DNA of 64,000 bases from Eledone cirrhosa (GCA_964016885.1 OZ024763.1:21452001-21516000), one strand, 5' to 3'; counted from the stretch's first letter, positions 27,852-40,318 are shown. The notes: generated from the letters alone by a model not told the origin. Made by a program: numbers and translations.

Positions 27852-28160
27852 ATAGGAGGAGGTTATAGTTCACTTGAAGCATTGTGTAATGAGGTATAAA
27901 CATTTGAATATGTATAATAAAGCCAAAACAATGCAGGTATGGACATAGAAAAAAAGAATGCAATTGCAAAAGATATTGTTGACAAATCGTCTTTTACCTT
28001 AGATTTATTTAAATGTCCTTAATTTTCGAGATAATATCTCTTCTTCAGAGTGAAATAAAGGTCTCAAACCAGCGTTCTAAATATCTTGCCAAGCCATGCT
28101 GACAGTTCTATGTCCATACCTGCATTGTTTTGGCTTTATTATACATATTAAAACGTTTAT
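27852..28160 (-). mobile_element. Penelope-like hairpin element (family H3) in (TA)n
   Basis: Unique tail, then about 55-bp inverted arms (about 27894-27950 / 28106-28160) enclosing a minus-strand hammerhead core. Confidence 0.65.
28017..28052 (-). ncRNA. minimal hammerhead motif, weak stem I
   Basis: Minus strand CT-CTGAAGA-A-GAGAT(att)ATCTC-GAAA-AT-TA-AG. Only 2 bp of stem I pair. Confidence 0.55.
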
Positions 28161-28182
28161 ATATATATATATATATATATAT

Positions 28183-28384
28183 AACGAAGGAAATGTGGTA
28201 AGGAACCAGGTCGACCATAACGCACCAAAGTACTCAATACTTGGGGTAGTAGAGTGGGTAATAGGAACCAGTAAGACCCCGACGGCTGAGCTCAAGCCGT
28301 TTCAACGGCTAATTCTGGACTAAAAATTAGTCCAGAATTAGCTGTCGAAACGGCTTGAGCTCAGCCGTCGGGGTCTTACTGGTT

Positions 28385-28390
<6 letters not shown>
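28183..28390. mobile_element. palindromic MITE M1 (right arm truncated)
   Basis: Near-perfect palindrome 28260-28390. Left arm homologous to 32248-32330. Confidence 0.85.
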
Positions 28391-28422
<32 letters not shown>

Positions 28423-28439
28423 GACTCTTAACATCTTAT

Positions 28440-28590
28440 TTCTGTATCTCCTTGGTGATCCTGTCTCTAATTTTGTACCCCTGAAGAAGGGATAAACCCC
28501 GAGACGTTGAACATTCTTTCCCCTTTTCCATAGAAAGCATGAAACTAATAAGACTTTTTGTACCTCTGTTGTGTCTTTTCCTTGAACTAT
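28440..28590 (+). mobile_element. old PLE-like fragment with decayed hammerhead
   Basis: CTGAAGA-AGGGATAAACCCC-GAGA-CG-TT at 28481-28508. Second copy 32098-32242 (CTGAAGA-AGGACTAAAGCCT-GACA-TG-TC). Confidence 0.45.
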
Positions 28591-29034
28591 ATATGTACTA
28601 GACCACTTGGGACCTATTAAGTCACGTTAACTCAAAAATATTTTTTAAAATTCATATTCACTTACAAATAATTTTTGAATAATTAAAATATTCACAAACA
28701 TGTCTCTCTCTTTCAATCTACTCTCTCACAACCGCTATCTCTTTCTCTCTATCTTTCGTTCTCTCTATTGTTAAACTCGTTTTATTCCATTTGTATTCCC
28801 ATTTCAGGGGCAACTTTCTTTCAAAGTATTTTCCCATTATGCGTCATTTTCGCTGTATTAAATTACAGACAAGACACAATCACAGAGTTTTAGTAGTATA
28901 TAAGACCCGACTTCCCACGGATACAAGCCAAAACTGAAGCATATAGAGAATATGCCCCCACCCCTTCCCACTGCAAAGTGCTCATGGACGTGCCACAACA
29001 AAAAAGCAGCCAATCCACTTTGTAAAGTGGTCGT

Positions 29035-29232
29035 TTAGGTGCCACAGTAAAAAGCACCCAGCACTCACTGTAATGAGGTTGGTGTTAGGAAGTGCATCCA
29101 GCTGTAGAAATCAAGCCAAAATCAGTTCCCGTATGAGCAAGACAAGGTCACCCGACCTGGCATTGCCCACAACAGGACAACCCGTCTAACCCATGCTAGC
29201 GTGGAAGAATGGACGTAAAACGGTGATGATAT
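29035..29232 (+). mobile_element. SINE/RTE-type 3' tail fragment
   Basis: AAAGCACCCAGCACTCACTGTAA...GCATCCAGCTGTAGAAATC...AACCCATGCTAGCGTGGAAGAATGGACG. Confidence 0.75.
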
Positions 29233-29274
29233 GTACATGCACACACACACATATATATATTTATATATATATAT

Positions 29275-29942
29275 AGAATAAGAAAATGCAAAGTAGTTTC
29301 AGAAGTCTGTTATTAATAAGGCTGTGATATATATTTCAATGACAACAGTGGTCACATGATTCTGTGTCCTAGTGCCGTGATCTCATCAGACAGCTTCTTA
29401 CATAATAAGGTTACGTTCCCGAGGCAATCCAAGTTGAAACGACAGAAAAAGAGGGTGTTCTTGAATCCTTCACCCATTCCCTTGTATATATATATAATTG
29501 GATACTTAGTAAAATCGAATCTCTGGCGGTGTGCAAGCAAATTCGGCCTACTATGTGAATGAGTTAGCAAAGTACTCGACAAGGTAGGTCCTCAGAGTAA
29601 TAACATACGTTTAAATAGCTTGACAAATTGAACATTGTGGTAGGCAAAATCTAACACACAATATACCAAAGTTACGAAAGAACTAACAGGTTGAGAAAAA
29701 TACACCTGGACAAATCAAACGTTATACGTTTAAAGTGTTTCTATGAATCCAAAATCAAATATCAGACTTATGTAACTGGTAAGCTCGTGGTATTCATGAT
29801 CAAACAGAGGATTCAGTTCATCAACAAGTTTTCGTTCTACCAAAGAACGGGCCGAGAAGCTAAATGTTACCGCTAGGTGCAGCATATCGTATATATAGTT
29901 GTCACGTGTTATTTCCAGCAAGGGAAATAACCCCCGGTTTTT
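29275..29942 (-). mobile_element. Penelope-like element 3' remnant
   Basis: RSLVERKLVDELNPLFD (ORF 29730-29969) resembles the PLE GIY-YIG C-terminal motif. An intact hammerhead lies downstream on the same strand. Confidence 0.6.
29321..29394 (-). ncRNA. type I hammerhead ribozyme (intact core, long stem II)
   Basis: Minus strand GCTGT-CTGATGA-[45-nt imperfect stem II]-GAAA-TATATA-TC-ACAGC. AUC cleavage triplet at 29328-29326. Confidence 0.8.
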
Positions 29943-30716
29943 GGAGAGAGAGAGAGAGAGAGATTCCACATGACAGTAAATTCTTTCTGGTGATAACAGA
30001 AAGAGGAAGAGAAGAAATTAGTATAGTTTAGCTGAAACATTGTGAAATATGTTATGTTAGAATTGGGCAGGGTAGAGTGAAGGAGAAGACTAGTACAATA
30101 CAAGTTGGAAATAAAAGAATGAAAAGACAACACAACATTATTAAAACAACTCAACAAAACTACACTTTTCCCTTTTACCTATATTTTGTGATATTTCGTT
30201 GTTTAAAACCTTAGAACTCTTTTCTGTAAAGAAAAGACCTGTAATGTGATTGTGATTGTGATGGTAATGGCAAGCTAGAAGTCATTTTGTATATATTTCA
30301 TATTGAAAATAATTACACTTCTATGTCTTCCATTGAACACCTTTTAATTGTTGTGTCTACTTTGGCATTTTTTTATATATTTTTTTTTATTTATTTTTAT
30401 TTTTTTTATTTATTTATTTTTTTTAATTTTAATTTATTATTTATTTTTATTTATTTTATTTTCATTTGTTTATATATATATATATAATTTTTTTTCGGTA
30501 AAACAGAAATCTGCATTATTTCATGAAATACTTTTGAAATGGTCCACTTGTTATATATTAGTTCCTGCTTGTTACACAATTGTCTGTGTTTTATTCAATT
30601 GATGTTTCTCTAAAGATTTCTCAGTTATAATTATAGTTTTATGGAAATTTCCGTAATTTATATTGCTAATTCAGATGGAGAAAAAGTTGTAATTTCTCTA
30701 CTTAGTTTTTGTTGTT

Positions 30717-30767
<51 letters not shown>

Positions 30768-31149
30768 ATTTCTATTCTTTCTCTCCTTTTATTTCTTTCC
30801 TTCTTTATTTATTTCTTTTCTTCTTTATTTCCTTCTCTCTCTCTTTCTCTCTTGTTCTAACTGCTTCCCACCAGTTGTTCCTCTGTCTTGCTGTGATTGT
30901 TATGCTTTAGTAAATGTCTGTATTTACATGTCAGTTGTCTTCTTGGTCACTGTTGTTAAAGAATGCCTGTTGTAATTTTAACTAGAAATTTCTGAAGTGT
31001 AAATGGCATCAATTTTCAACATAATTGATGGAGAGACTAGGAAACTGGTGTATGTGAAGGTGTGTGGCCCAGTGGTTAGGGTGTTGGACTTACAATCATA
31101 GTCAAGTTATTGGTCGGTCTAATGCTATTTCAAAAGTTATTTTACTTTA

Positions 31150-31180
<31 letters not shown>

Positions 31181-31186
<6 letters not shown>

Positions 31187-31431
31187 CGTAGTTTAGAAAG
31201 CCACAACAATGCAGAGGGAAATCTCGAGGTAGGAAGTGAATGATAGATAGGAGAAATAGGATAAAGTGAAAATTGAGAGAGACAAAGATGAAAACAAAAC
31301 AAAGGTAGAAGGGTTACCGTAGTGGAGATTTAATCCCAATATTTCGGGCTCACGCCCATCAACGGGGGAAAGTTCCAAAAGGGGGGGAACAGGCTAAGCG
31401 GAGAAAGTTGTGATGTCGTTAAAACAGGAAT
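31181..31431 (-). mobile_element. PLE-like fragment between (TA)n tracts with variant hammerhead (31334-31369)
   Basis: Minus strand TCCC-CCGTTGA-T-GGGC(gtga)GCCC-GAAA-TA-TT-GGGA. Helices are perfect; two core positions differ from CUGANGA. Confidence 0.6.
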
Positions 31432-31851
31432 ATATATATACACGCACACATATATATACATGAACATGTGTATGAGTGTGTGTGTATATAAATATACACA
31501 CACAAACATACACATACATATTTAGAGTTGGTGCTGGGAAGGGCATCCAGCCATAGAAAAAACGGCCAGAAACACCCCTGTATTAGCAAGACACAGTCAC
31601 CCGGCCCAACTTGCCTCTAAATGGCACAAACCCGTCTAACCCATGCTTACATGGAAGATAGATGTTAAATGATGATGATGGTGATGATGATTTATAGAGA
31701 AACACACATACATTATCATTTTATATATCTCTCCATACTTGCATGGGTTGAAAAGACTTTTTGAGGAAATATTATACAGAAACAAGCCCTTTTAGTCACT
31801 TCTTAAGACATGCAGGGATAGGGTGAACTTATTCTAAACCTGTTACACATG

Positions 31852-31891
<40 letters not shown>

Positions 31892-32247
31892 TAAATCCAA
31901 CAATTAATGGTAGGGTCTAAACCGTATGAAGAACTCAATGTAATCTGTATGTAGATGTCGTGAAGCAAAGTTTAAAATACAAAATTTTCAACGATATAAT
32001 TCATTGGATACAGAGTCAAAAATACATATATATATATGTTTCTTCATTGTACTTCATTGTACTTGTTTTTTTGTTTTGTTTACTTTTTACATATATAGTT
32101 TCCTTTGTGATCCTGTCTCTAATTTTGTCCTCCTGAAGAAGGACTAAAGCCTGACATGTCAAACTTTCTTTCCCCTTTTCCATATAAACTGTGAAACTGA
32201 TACAACTTTTTTTTGTACCTCTGTTTTGTCATTTCCTTGAAATATAT

Positions 32248-32520
32248 AACAAAGAAGGTGTGGTAAGATACCAGGTGGACCATAATGCACCAGCGTACTC
32301 AATACTTAGGGTAGTAAAGTGGGTAATAGGAAAAGAGTCAGGACCCCGATGGCTGAGCTCCAGCCGTTTTGACAGCTGGATCCAAACTGTTCGATCTAGC
32401 TGTCAAAATGGCTGGAGTTCAGCCATTGGGGTCCTGACTTTTTTCCCATTTTACTACCCTAAGTATCGAGTACTCTGGTGCATTATGGTCCACCTGGTAT
32501 CTTACCACACCTTCTTTGTT
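32248..32520. mobile_element. complete palindromic MITE M1 (273 bp), TA-flanked
   Basis: AACAAAGAAGGTGTGGTAAGATACCAGGTGGACCATAATGCACCAG ... CTGGTGCATTATGGTCCACCTGGTATCTTACCACACCTTCTTTGTT. Confidence 0.9.
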
Positions 32521-32532
32521 ATGTATATATAT

Positions 32533-32845
32533 ATATTGTTATACTTTGGGAGGGTCATGTTGCCAATAAGAAACACACGCACCAGTTGCTTTCACTTCAA
32601 TTTATTATATATTTATAAATTTATAAATTTACAAATCTACAAACTTATAAATTTCTGGTTGGTTGGTTGGTTCCACAACCAGATAGTTGTAAATTTATAA
32701 ATTTATAAATATATAATAAATTGAAGTGAAAGCAACTGGTGCGTGTGTTTCTTATTGGCAACATGACCCTCCCAAAGTATAACAATATCGGTTTCAACAC
32801 ACGATTTCAGATAAAGAATCTTGCTAAACAAATTCAGAAACGAAA
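32533..32845 (-). mobile_element. second copy of the 26293 PLE family: inverted pair of pLTR ends only
   Basis: Near-identical to 26815-26977 and 26293-26389 in opposite orientation. About 95-bp inverted arms. Confidence 0.85.
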
Positions 32846-33056
32846 TATATATATATATATATTTAAGAAACTGAGATTTTTTTAAATGTCCCACATGAGT
32901 AAAAAATATAAAAAGAAATTGAAAATGCAACTGAAGTCTTTTAAGAATATTTATTTACTTTACTGGTTTCAAGGTTCTTATGATTTTCAAAAGTAAAATT
33001 AAGATGGAGGGTTTGTTTTCTGTTGTGATTTGTCTCACATCTCTTTTTCTTACACG

Positions 33057-33108
<52 letters not shown>

Positions 33109-33502
33109 AATAATTAACAAAGATACATATGTCATGAGCTAAAAGAGAAGAGAATTAGTAAAGGACTGTTTATTTCCATCTCCATTTCAACCAGCCATAG
33201 GTAATGTTAATTAGATATGTTTTGTAGTAATGGAGTAAAGTATGTGTTGATGATGATTAGAAGCAGGATATATATGTGTAGGGTAATGAAGAAGTATTTA
33301 TAGTGAGTAGTAATAGCTCTGTCACCTAATTCCAAAGTGTTAAGTAAGAATCTCGTGTTGTATATAAAGTAAAAATAGCAAAGTTATTTCCAGTTTAGTT
33401 TAGAAAATGGTATTAAAAAAGAATTTATTTATTTTCAAAGCAGAGGTATATTTGTGCTCCAATTTTAATTATTGTCAGAGCGTATATATATATATATATA
33501 TA

Positions 33503-33853
33503 ATCATCATCATCATCATCATCATCATCATTTTACGTCCGCTTTTCCCTGCTTGCAAGGGTGGGACGGGAACTGATTCTGGCTTTATTTCTACAGCTGG
33601 ATGCCCTTCCTAACACCAACCTCATTTACAGTGAGTGCTGGGTGCTTTTTTCCGTGGTGCCTACACGTCCACTTTGCAGTGGAATGATAGGGACCCCAGT
33701 CCCTATCATCTCATTTCTACAGCTGAGTAAACTGGAGCAATGTGAAATAAAGTGTCTTGCTCAAGGAAACAACACATCACCCGGTCTGAGAATTGAACTC
33801 ACAACCTTTCGATTGTAAGGCCAATGCTCTAACCACTAAGCCATGTGTCTCCA
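33503..33853 (-). mobile_element. SINE family S1, full length
   Basis: Reverse complement of 36102-36447, (GAT)n tail, within (TA)n. Confidence 0.92.
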
Positions 33854-33868
33854 TCAATATATGTATAT

Positions 33869-33899
<31 letters not shown>

Positions 33900-33901
<2 letters not shown>

Positions 33902-34050
33902 AATCAGAATGGATGCAGTAAAAACCTGTTAGAGTACTCGATACTTGGGGTAGTAGAGTGTCATATTTTTGCCGCCAGAACACTGGCGTTCCAGTTTGGA
34001 ACTAGCTGTTGAAACGACAGCAGCTTAGCCGTTGGGGTCCCGACTCCTTC
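33900..34050. mobile_element. partial MITE M1
   Basis: GAGTACTCGATACTTGGGGTAGTAGAGTG...GGGGTCCCGACTC. Confidence 0.6.
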
Positions 34051-34051
34051 A

Positions 34052-35003
34052 TATAATAATAATAATAATAATGAAATTATTGTGTACAGTGCTCAGGTGC
34101 ACTACAACTCATCAAAGGTGCATATATAGTACATGGAATAATGTTCAAACATCAGGAAAATGAACAGTGTATGAGTCATGATATACATGTGTGCGTGTGT
34201 ATGGAGGGGGAATATCAGGTGTAGTGTGGGCGAATCTCAGGAAGCATGGAAGTTTTGAAGGATGCAGTGTCTCGGCAGCTAACAATTGATGCAGGTAGTT
34301 TGTTCCATGGAGGTTTTAAAGGATGCAGTGTCTCGACAGCTAACAACTGATGCAGGTAGTTTGTTCCATGGAGGTTTTAAAGGATGCATTGTCTCGACAG
34401 CTAACAACTGATGCAGGGAGTTTGTTCCATGGAGGTTTTAAAGGATGCAGTGTCTCGGCAGCTAACAACTGATGCAGGTAGTTTGTTCCATGGAGGTTTT
34501 AAAGGATGCAGTGACTCAACAGCTAACAACTGATGCAGGTAGTTTGTTCCATGGAGGTTTTAAAGGATGCAGTGTCTCGGCAGCTAACAACTGATGCAGG
34601 TAGTTTGTTCCATGGAGGTTTTAAAGGATGCAGTGACTCAACAGCTAACAACTGATGCAGGTAGTTTGTTCCATGGAGGTTTTAAAGGATGCAGTGTCTC
34701 GACAGCTAACAACTGATGCAGGTAGTTTGTTCCATGGAAGTTTTAAAGGATGCAGTGACTCAACAGCTAACAACTGATGCAGGTAGTTTGTTCCATGCTT
34801 CAGCAACTCTGAGCGTTAAAAATGTTTCCGAAAGTCATGGGAGCTGTACTGTTTTCTGACTTTGTAGACATGCCCACATGTGTTAGACACATGGAAATCA
34901 AAAAAGGTGCTCAGGGTTGTTGTTGGCAAGATGGTTAATAATCTTGTAGATGTTTACCAAGTCAGTTGCCAGACATCGGAGCTTTAATGTATCCATGCCC
35001 AGG
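34052..35003 (-). mobile_element. CR1/L2-type LINE 3' end with (TTA)n tail
   Basis: Homologous to 19633-19915. Includes the 3' UTR and an internal 61-bp tandem array. Confidence 0.85.
34247..34797. repeat. 61-bp minisatellite, 9 copies, inside the CR1-type element
   Basis: GGATGCAGTG starts at 34260, 34321, 34382 ... 34748. Confidence 0.95.
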
Positions 35004-35071
35004 TGCGTGTGTGTGAGTGTGTGTATATATATGTGTGTGTGTGTATATATATATATTTATATATATATATA

Positions 35072-35642
35072 TGTCCTGGTGTTTCTCCAGTGCAAGGCGC
35101 ATACAATAGTCCACTACGATGATAAAAAGGTAGGGAGCCAATGTATCTCCCTGGAGCACTCCAGCCAGTATCTCAAAGAACTCTGTCATCCCATCAGGTG
35201 TAATGACTTAGTGGAGTCTGTAGTGGAGTCTGTGCTGCTGTATGGGTCTGAGGCTTGGACACTGACCAAGAGACTCACTCAGATGGTGGATGGGTGCTAC
35301 ACGAGAATGCTGAGGATGGCTCTGAACATTAATCAGTATACACTGAGGATGAAAAACTCAGAGCTGTATGGGAGCATCCCAAAAGTCAGCTCAAAAGTGA
35401 CACAGAGGAGACTGAGGTTGGCTGGACATGCTCACCGACATCCAGAGTTGACATTGCACTCAGTGCTCCTTTGGGAGCCCCTACATGGACACACTAGAAG
35501 AGGAAGACCAAGGTTAATATATGTTGATGCCCTAAGGACAGACACTGGTCTGTTGGAGATGCAGGATATGGCAGCGATAATGAGGGACAGAGACCGCTGG
35601 AGAGAACTCGTCCATGGATCTCGGGAATTTTACCCGCCTTAG
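35072..35642 (+). mobile_element. RTE/RTEX LINE fragment with 5' inversion
   Basis: Plus strand 35200-35642 VESVLLYGSEAWTLTK...RRLRLAGHAHRH...RGRP...DRDRWR. Minus strand 35072-35195 AGVLQGDTLAPYLFIIVVD (RT motif). (AGAT)n tail. Confidence 0.9.
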
Positions 35643-35859
35643 ATAGATAGATATATATGTGTGTGTGTGTATATATATATATATTTATATATATGTGTGT
35701 GTGTGTGTGTATATGAATGCACTGTTTTCTGACTTTGTAGGCATGCCCACATGTGTAAGACACATGGAATTCAAAAAGGTGCTCAGGGTTATTGTTGGCG
35801 GCAAGATGGTTAATAATAGAAACAATTATATATATATATCATGATGATCATAGTATATG

Positions 35860-36013
35860 TACAGTGGTAAAAAACTTGGAAGTTACATCTGTAATTGGTA
35901 GTGCACTTAGTCCAAAGGATGAGTTCGGTATATAGAGTTAGTTCCACAACAAATTAGCAAGCCATACTCGAGGGCATGTGTATGGTTTACTAATTTGTCA
36001 TGGAACTAACTCT
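35860..36013 (+). mobile_element. hairpin element related to 63698-63869 but lacking the hammerhead
   Basis: Tail GCACTTAGTCCAAAGGATGAGTTCGGTA matches GCACTCAGTCCATGGGATGAGTTTGGTA. Arms 35934-35967 / 35980-36013. Confidence 0.65.
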
Positions 36014-36032
36014 CCCTCTTTCTGTGTGTGTG

Positions 36033-36101
<69 letters not shown>

Positions 36102-36102
<1 letters not shown>

Positions 36103-36447
36103 GGAGGCACATGGCTTAGTGGTTAGAGCATTGGCCTTGCAATCGAAAGGTTGTGAGTTCAATTCTCAGACCGGGTGGTGTGTTGTTTCCTTGAGCAAGA
36201 CACTTTATTTCACATTGCTCCAGTTTACTCAGCTGTAGAAATGAGATGATAGGACTGAGTTCCCTATCATTCCACTGCAAAGTGGTCGTGAAGGTGCCAC
36301 GGCAAAAAAGCACCCAGCACTCACTGTAAATGAGGTTGGTGTTAGGAAGGGCATCCAGCTGTAAAAATCAAGCCAGAATCAGTTCCCGTCCCACCCTTGC
36401 AAGCAGGGAAAAAGTGGACGTAAAATGAAATGAAATGAATGAAATGA
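36102..36447 (+). mobile_element. SINE family S1, full length reference copy
   Basis: A box TGGCTTAGTGG, B box GAGTTCAATTC, CCTTGAGCAAGACACTTTATTTC body, RTE-type 3' end GGAAGGGCATCCAGC...CCCTTGCAAGCAGGGAAAAAGTGGACGTAAAATG. Confidence 0.93.
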
Positions 36448-37545
<1,098 letters not shown>

Positions 37546-37727
37546 GGTGTGGGATGCTTAAAGCATCCGTAAGCAGTAGGCCATTTGAGCACTCGATGCA
37601 TTTGGAAACTCTACTTCGTAGAATCGAGATGTATCTGAGGACCTTGCGATTTTTCCATTTATATATATTTATATATATATTTATATATATATATATACAC
37701 ACACACATACATATATATATACACATA

Positions 37728-37766
<39 letters not shown>

Positions 37767-38244
37767 GTACATATATATAGAGAGAGATACATATATGTAC
37801 ACATATATATATTTATATATACATTTACTATATACATACGTACATATAATAAAGTGTACATTGTTTTGTCTTTGTCTTCACCCATTAACACTTCATAACG
37901 ATAGAAATGTTTCTTGAATGAGGAAAACAAGTGAGAAATATTTGTCAAATTAGAAAGACACCCAGACAACATTATTTTTAGAGATCAAAACCAAAATTTA
38001 AAATATAAACGTCATTTCTTTTCTTTCTTTTGAAAAATAAATAAATAAATAGATAAATAAATAAATAAATAAATAGATAAATAAAAACAGTTTGAAAATA
38101 AATAAATAAGAATATTTTCACCAATATAGTTCAAATGATGTTTTTGTTTGTCTTGAAAATAATCAATATAATCGAAATTTATTCTAATTTGTTCTTGTTC
38201 ACTAAGTGAGTTTTCTGCGTACATCTTACACGTCGGCATATATA

Positions 38245-38790
38245 TATTTGGTGTCCCCCAAAAATGTATACATACTTGAACAGCACTCTAATGTATGTAT
38301 ACATTTTGGGGGGACATCCTGTATATAAAGGCATATATGATATGTTTATATACAGGGTGTCCCCCAAAAATGTATACACACTTGAACAACATTCTAATGT
38401 ATGTATACATTTTTGGGGACATCCTGTATATAAAGGCATATATGATATGTTTATATACAGGGTGTCCCCAAAAAATGTATACACACTTGAACAGCATCTT
38501 AATGAATGTATGTATACAGTTTTGAGGGGACACCCTGTATATAAAGGCATATATGTTGTGTTTATATACAGGGTGTCCCCAAAAGGTGTACACATTTCAA
38601 CAGTATTCTAATAAACATGTGTATACATTTTCGGAGGACACCCTGTATATAAAGGCATATATGATGAGTTTATGTATAATAGATATACAATCAACAGCAT
38701 TTTAATAAACATGTGTATATATTTTTGGGGGAGACCCTCTGTATAAAGGCATATATGATGTGTTTATGTATAATATATATATATATATAT
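38245..38790. mobile_element. tandem array (about 5 units, about 105-110 bp) of a Tc1/mariner-type palindromic MITE
   Basis: TA|CAGGGTGTCCCC..ATGTATACA...TGTATACATTTT.GGGGACA(T/C)CCTG|TA plus a constant linker. Solo copy at 58888-58987. Confidence 0.8.
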
Positions 38791-39089
38791 ACAGGAGTCT
38801 CACTGTAAATGTTTTAAGCTGTGATCATGTCACAGTCATCTCAGTAGTCATGTGAGAATGTCAGACATATGTTTGTGGATTGTTTTGTTTATATATCTGT
38901 CATCAGTGATGTTTATATTCACTTGGTGCTTAGACAGGAATAAGCTATAGCTTATATGCATGTTTGGTGTAATGAAACAACAGATAGAGATGCTCATTTG
39001 CCTATAGTGTAAACTTGATTGGCTCAGGTTAATTAGAAGTAACACTAACATTATACTTGTTTTTTTTATTAGATTAGGGTAGTATCTAA

Positions 39090-39473
39090 CCCTTTAGCAT
39101 TCACATTATTCTATATTTAGTATCAAATGAAAAAAAATGGAGCTAAAAACTTGCGTTAATCCCCTGTAATTTAATGAGCTCAAAGAATAAGTACTGGCCT
39201 CTTCATAATGCAGTATGAGAAGAAAACACAAAAGGAAATGTTTTCATACCCGTTTGTGTTTTCTTCTCTATATTCTCTATATACTATTGTATTTCCATGG
39301 TAAAGGCTTTATCTTACATAATTATCTCGCATAATATCGAATCTATGAGATTTTGATATTATTTATTTTGAGAACAATACCTTAACATCAGAATGAACAG
39401 CAGTTATGGCTGGTTTGAACAGAAAAAGGTGAGAGAATTCTGGTCGGATATGTCTGGTTTAAATGCTAGAGGG
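39090..39473. mobile_element. piggyBac-like MITE P1 interrupted by about 150 bp
   Basis: CCCTTTAGCATT start, resumes about 39270, ends AAATGCTAGAGGG. Confidence 0.75.
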
Positions 39474-40022
39474 TTTAATGTGAAACATAAGTAATACATA
39501 TGTATAAAGGTACATATAATCACACACATCTCTATCTTTGACACACATACATACACAGAATGCACAGCTCTCTCTCCTTGACTCACATACACACACACTC
39601 AAGTAAGAACACACATCCATATACACAAATACACACAGCTCAAATGTTGATATAGATACACCACACCCATACATACACTCAAATACACATATCTCTATTA
39701 CCGACAAACATTAACACACACACAAGTACACACGTCTCTACCTCTGACACACATACACAAGTATACATATCGCTATTACCGACACGCACACACACACACA
39801 CACAAGTACACATATCTCTATTACCGACACACACACACAGCTCAATTACCAATACACACATACACAGACACACACATACACACATAGTTCAATTACCAAT
39901 ACACACATACACAGACCCAATTAGCTAAGAACCCCCATCCCACCAAAACCCCTCACAACAAGAGGCCATAGCAACAGAGACACCATATTTCAAGAATTGT
40001 TGATATTAAAATTCATAAAAAT

Positions 40023-40059
<37 letters not shown>

Positions 40060-40318
40060 TTTTGTTTTAAATCAATATATTTCATTTTTCTTGATTCTAA
40101 TGTTGCTATTATTGATAAAAGAAGCTCATTCGATTCCTAAATACCTCATCGGGGGTATTTTTGTTGTTACTCTACACTAAAGGTTCTCAAACTTTTTGGG
40201 CCACCGCTCCCCCTCTCATAGCCATGTGATACCCTCAGCCCCCCCCCCCCCCCTATTTCCAGAGAGACCTGCCTACACAGAAATTGTAAATTATATATAC
40301 TAATAAAATCGTTAATTT

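Noticed and set aside
36102-36180. tRNA gene
   Set aside because: The A/B boxes run directly into a SINE body and there is no complete acceptor stem. The same holds for all other heads.
37600-37645. Type II hammerhead (GAAA...TC...CTGAGGA)
   Set aside because: Stems I and II do not pair and position 15.2/16.2 is mismatched.
38245-38790. CRISPR-like regularly spaced palindromes
   Set aside because: The linkers are copies of each other, and the unit is a TA-flanked MITE.
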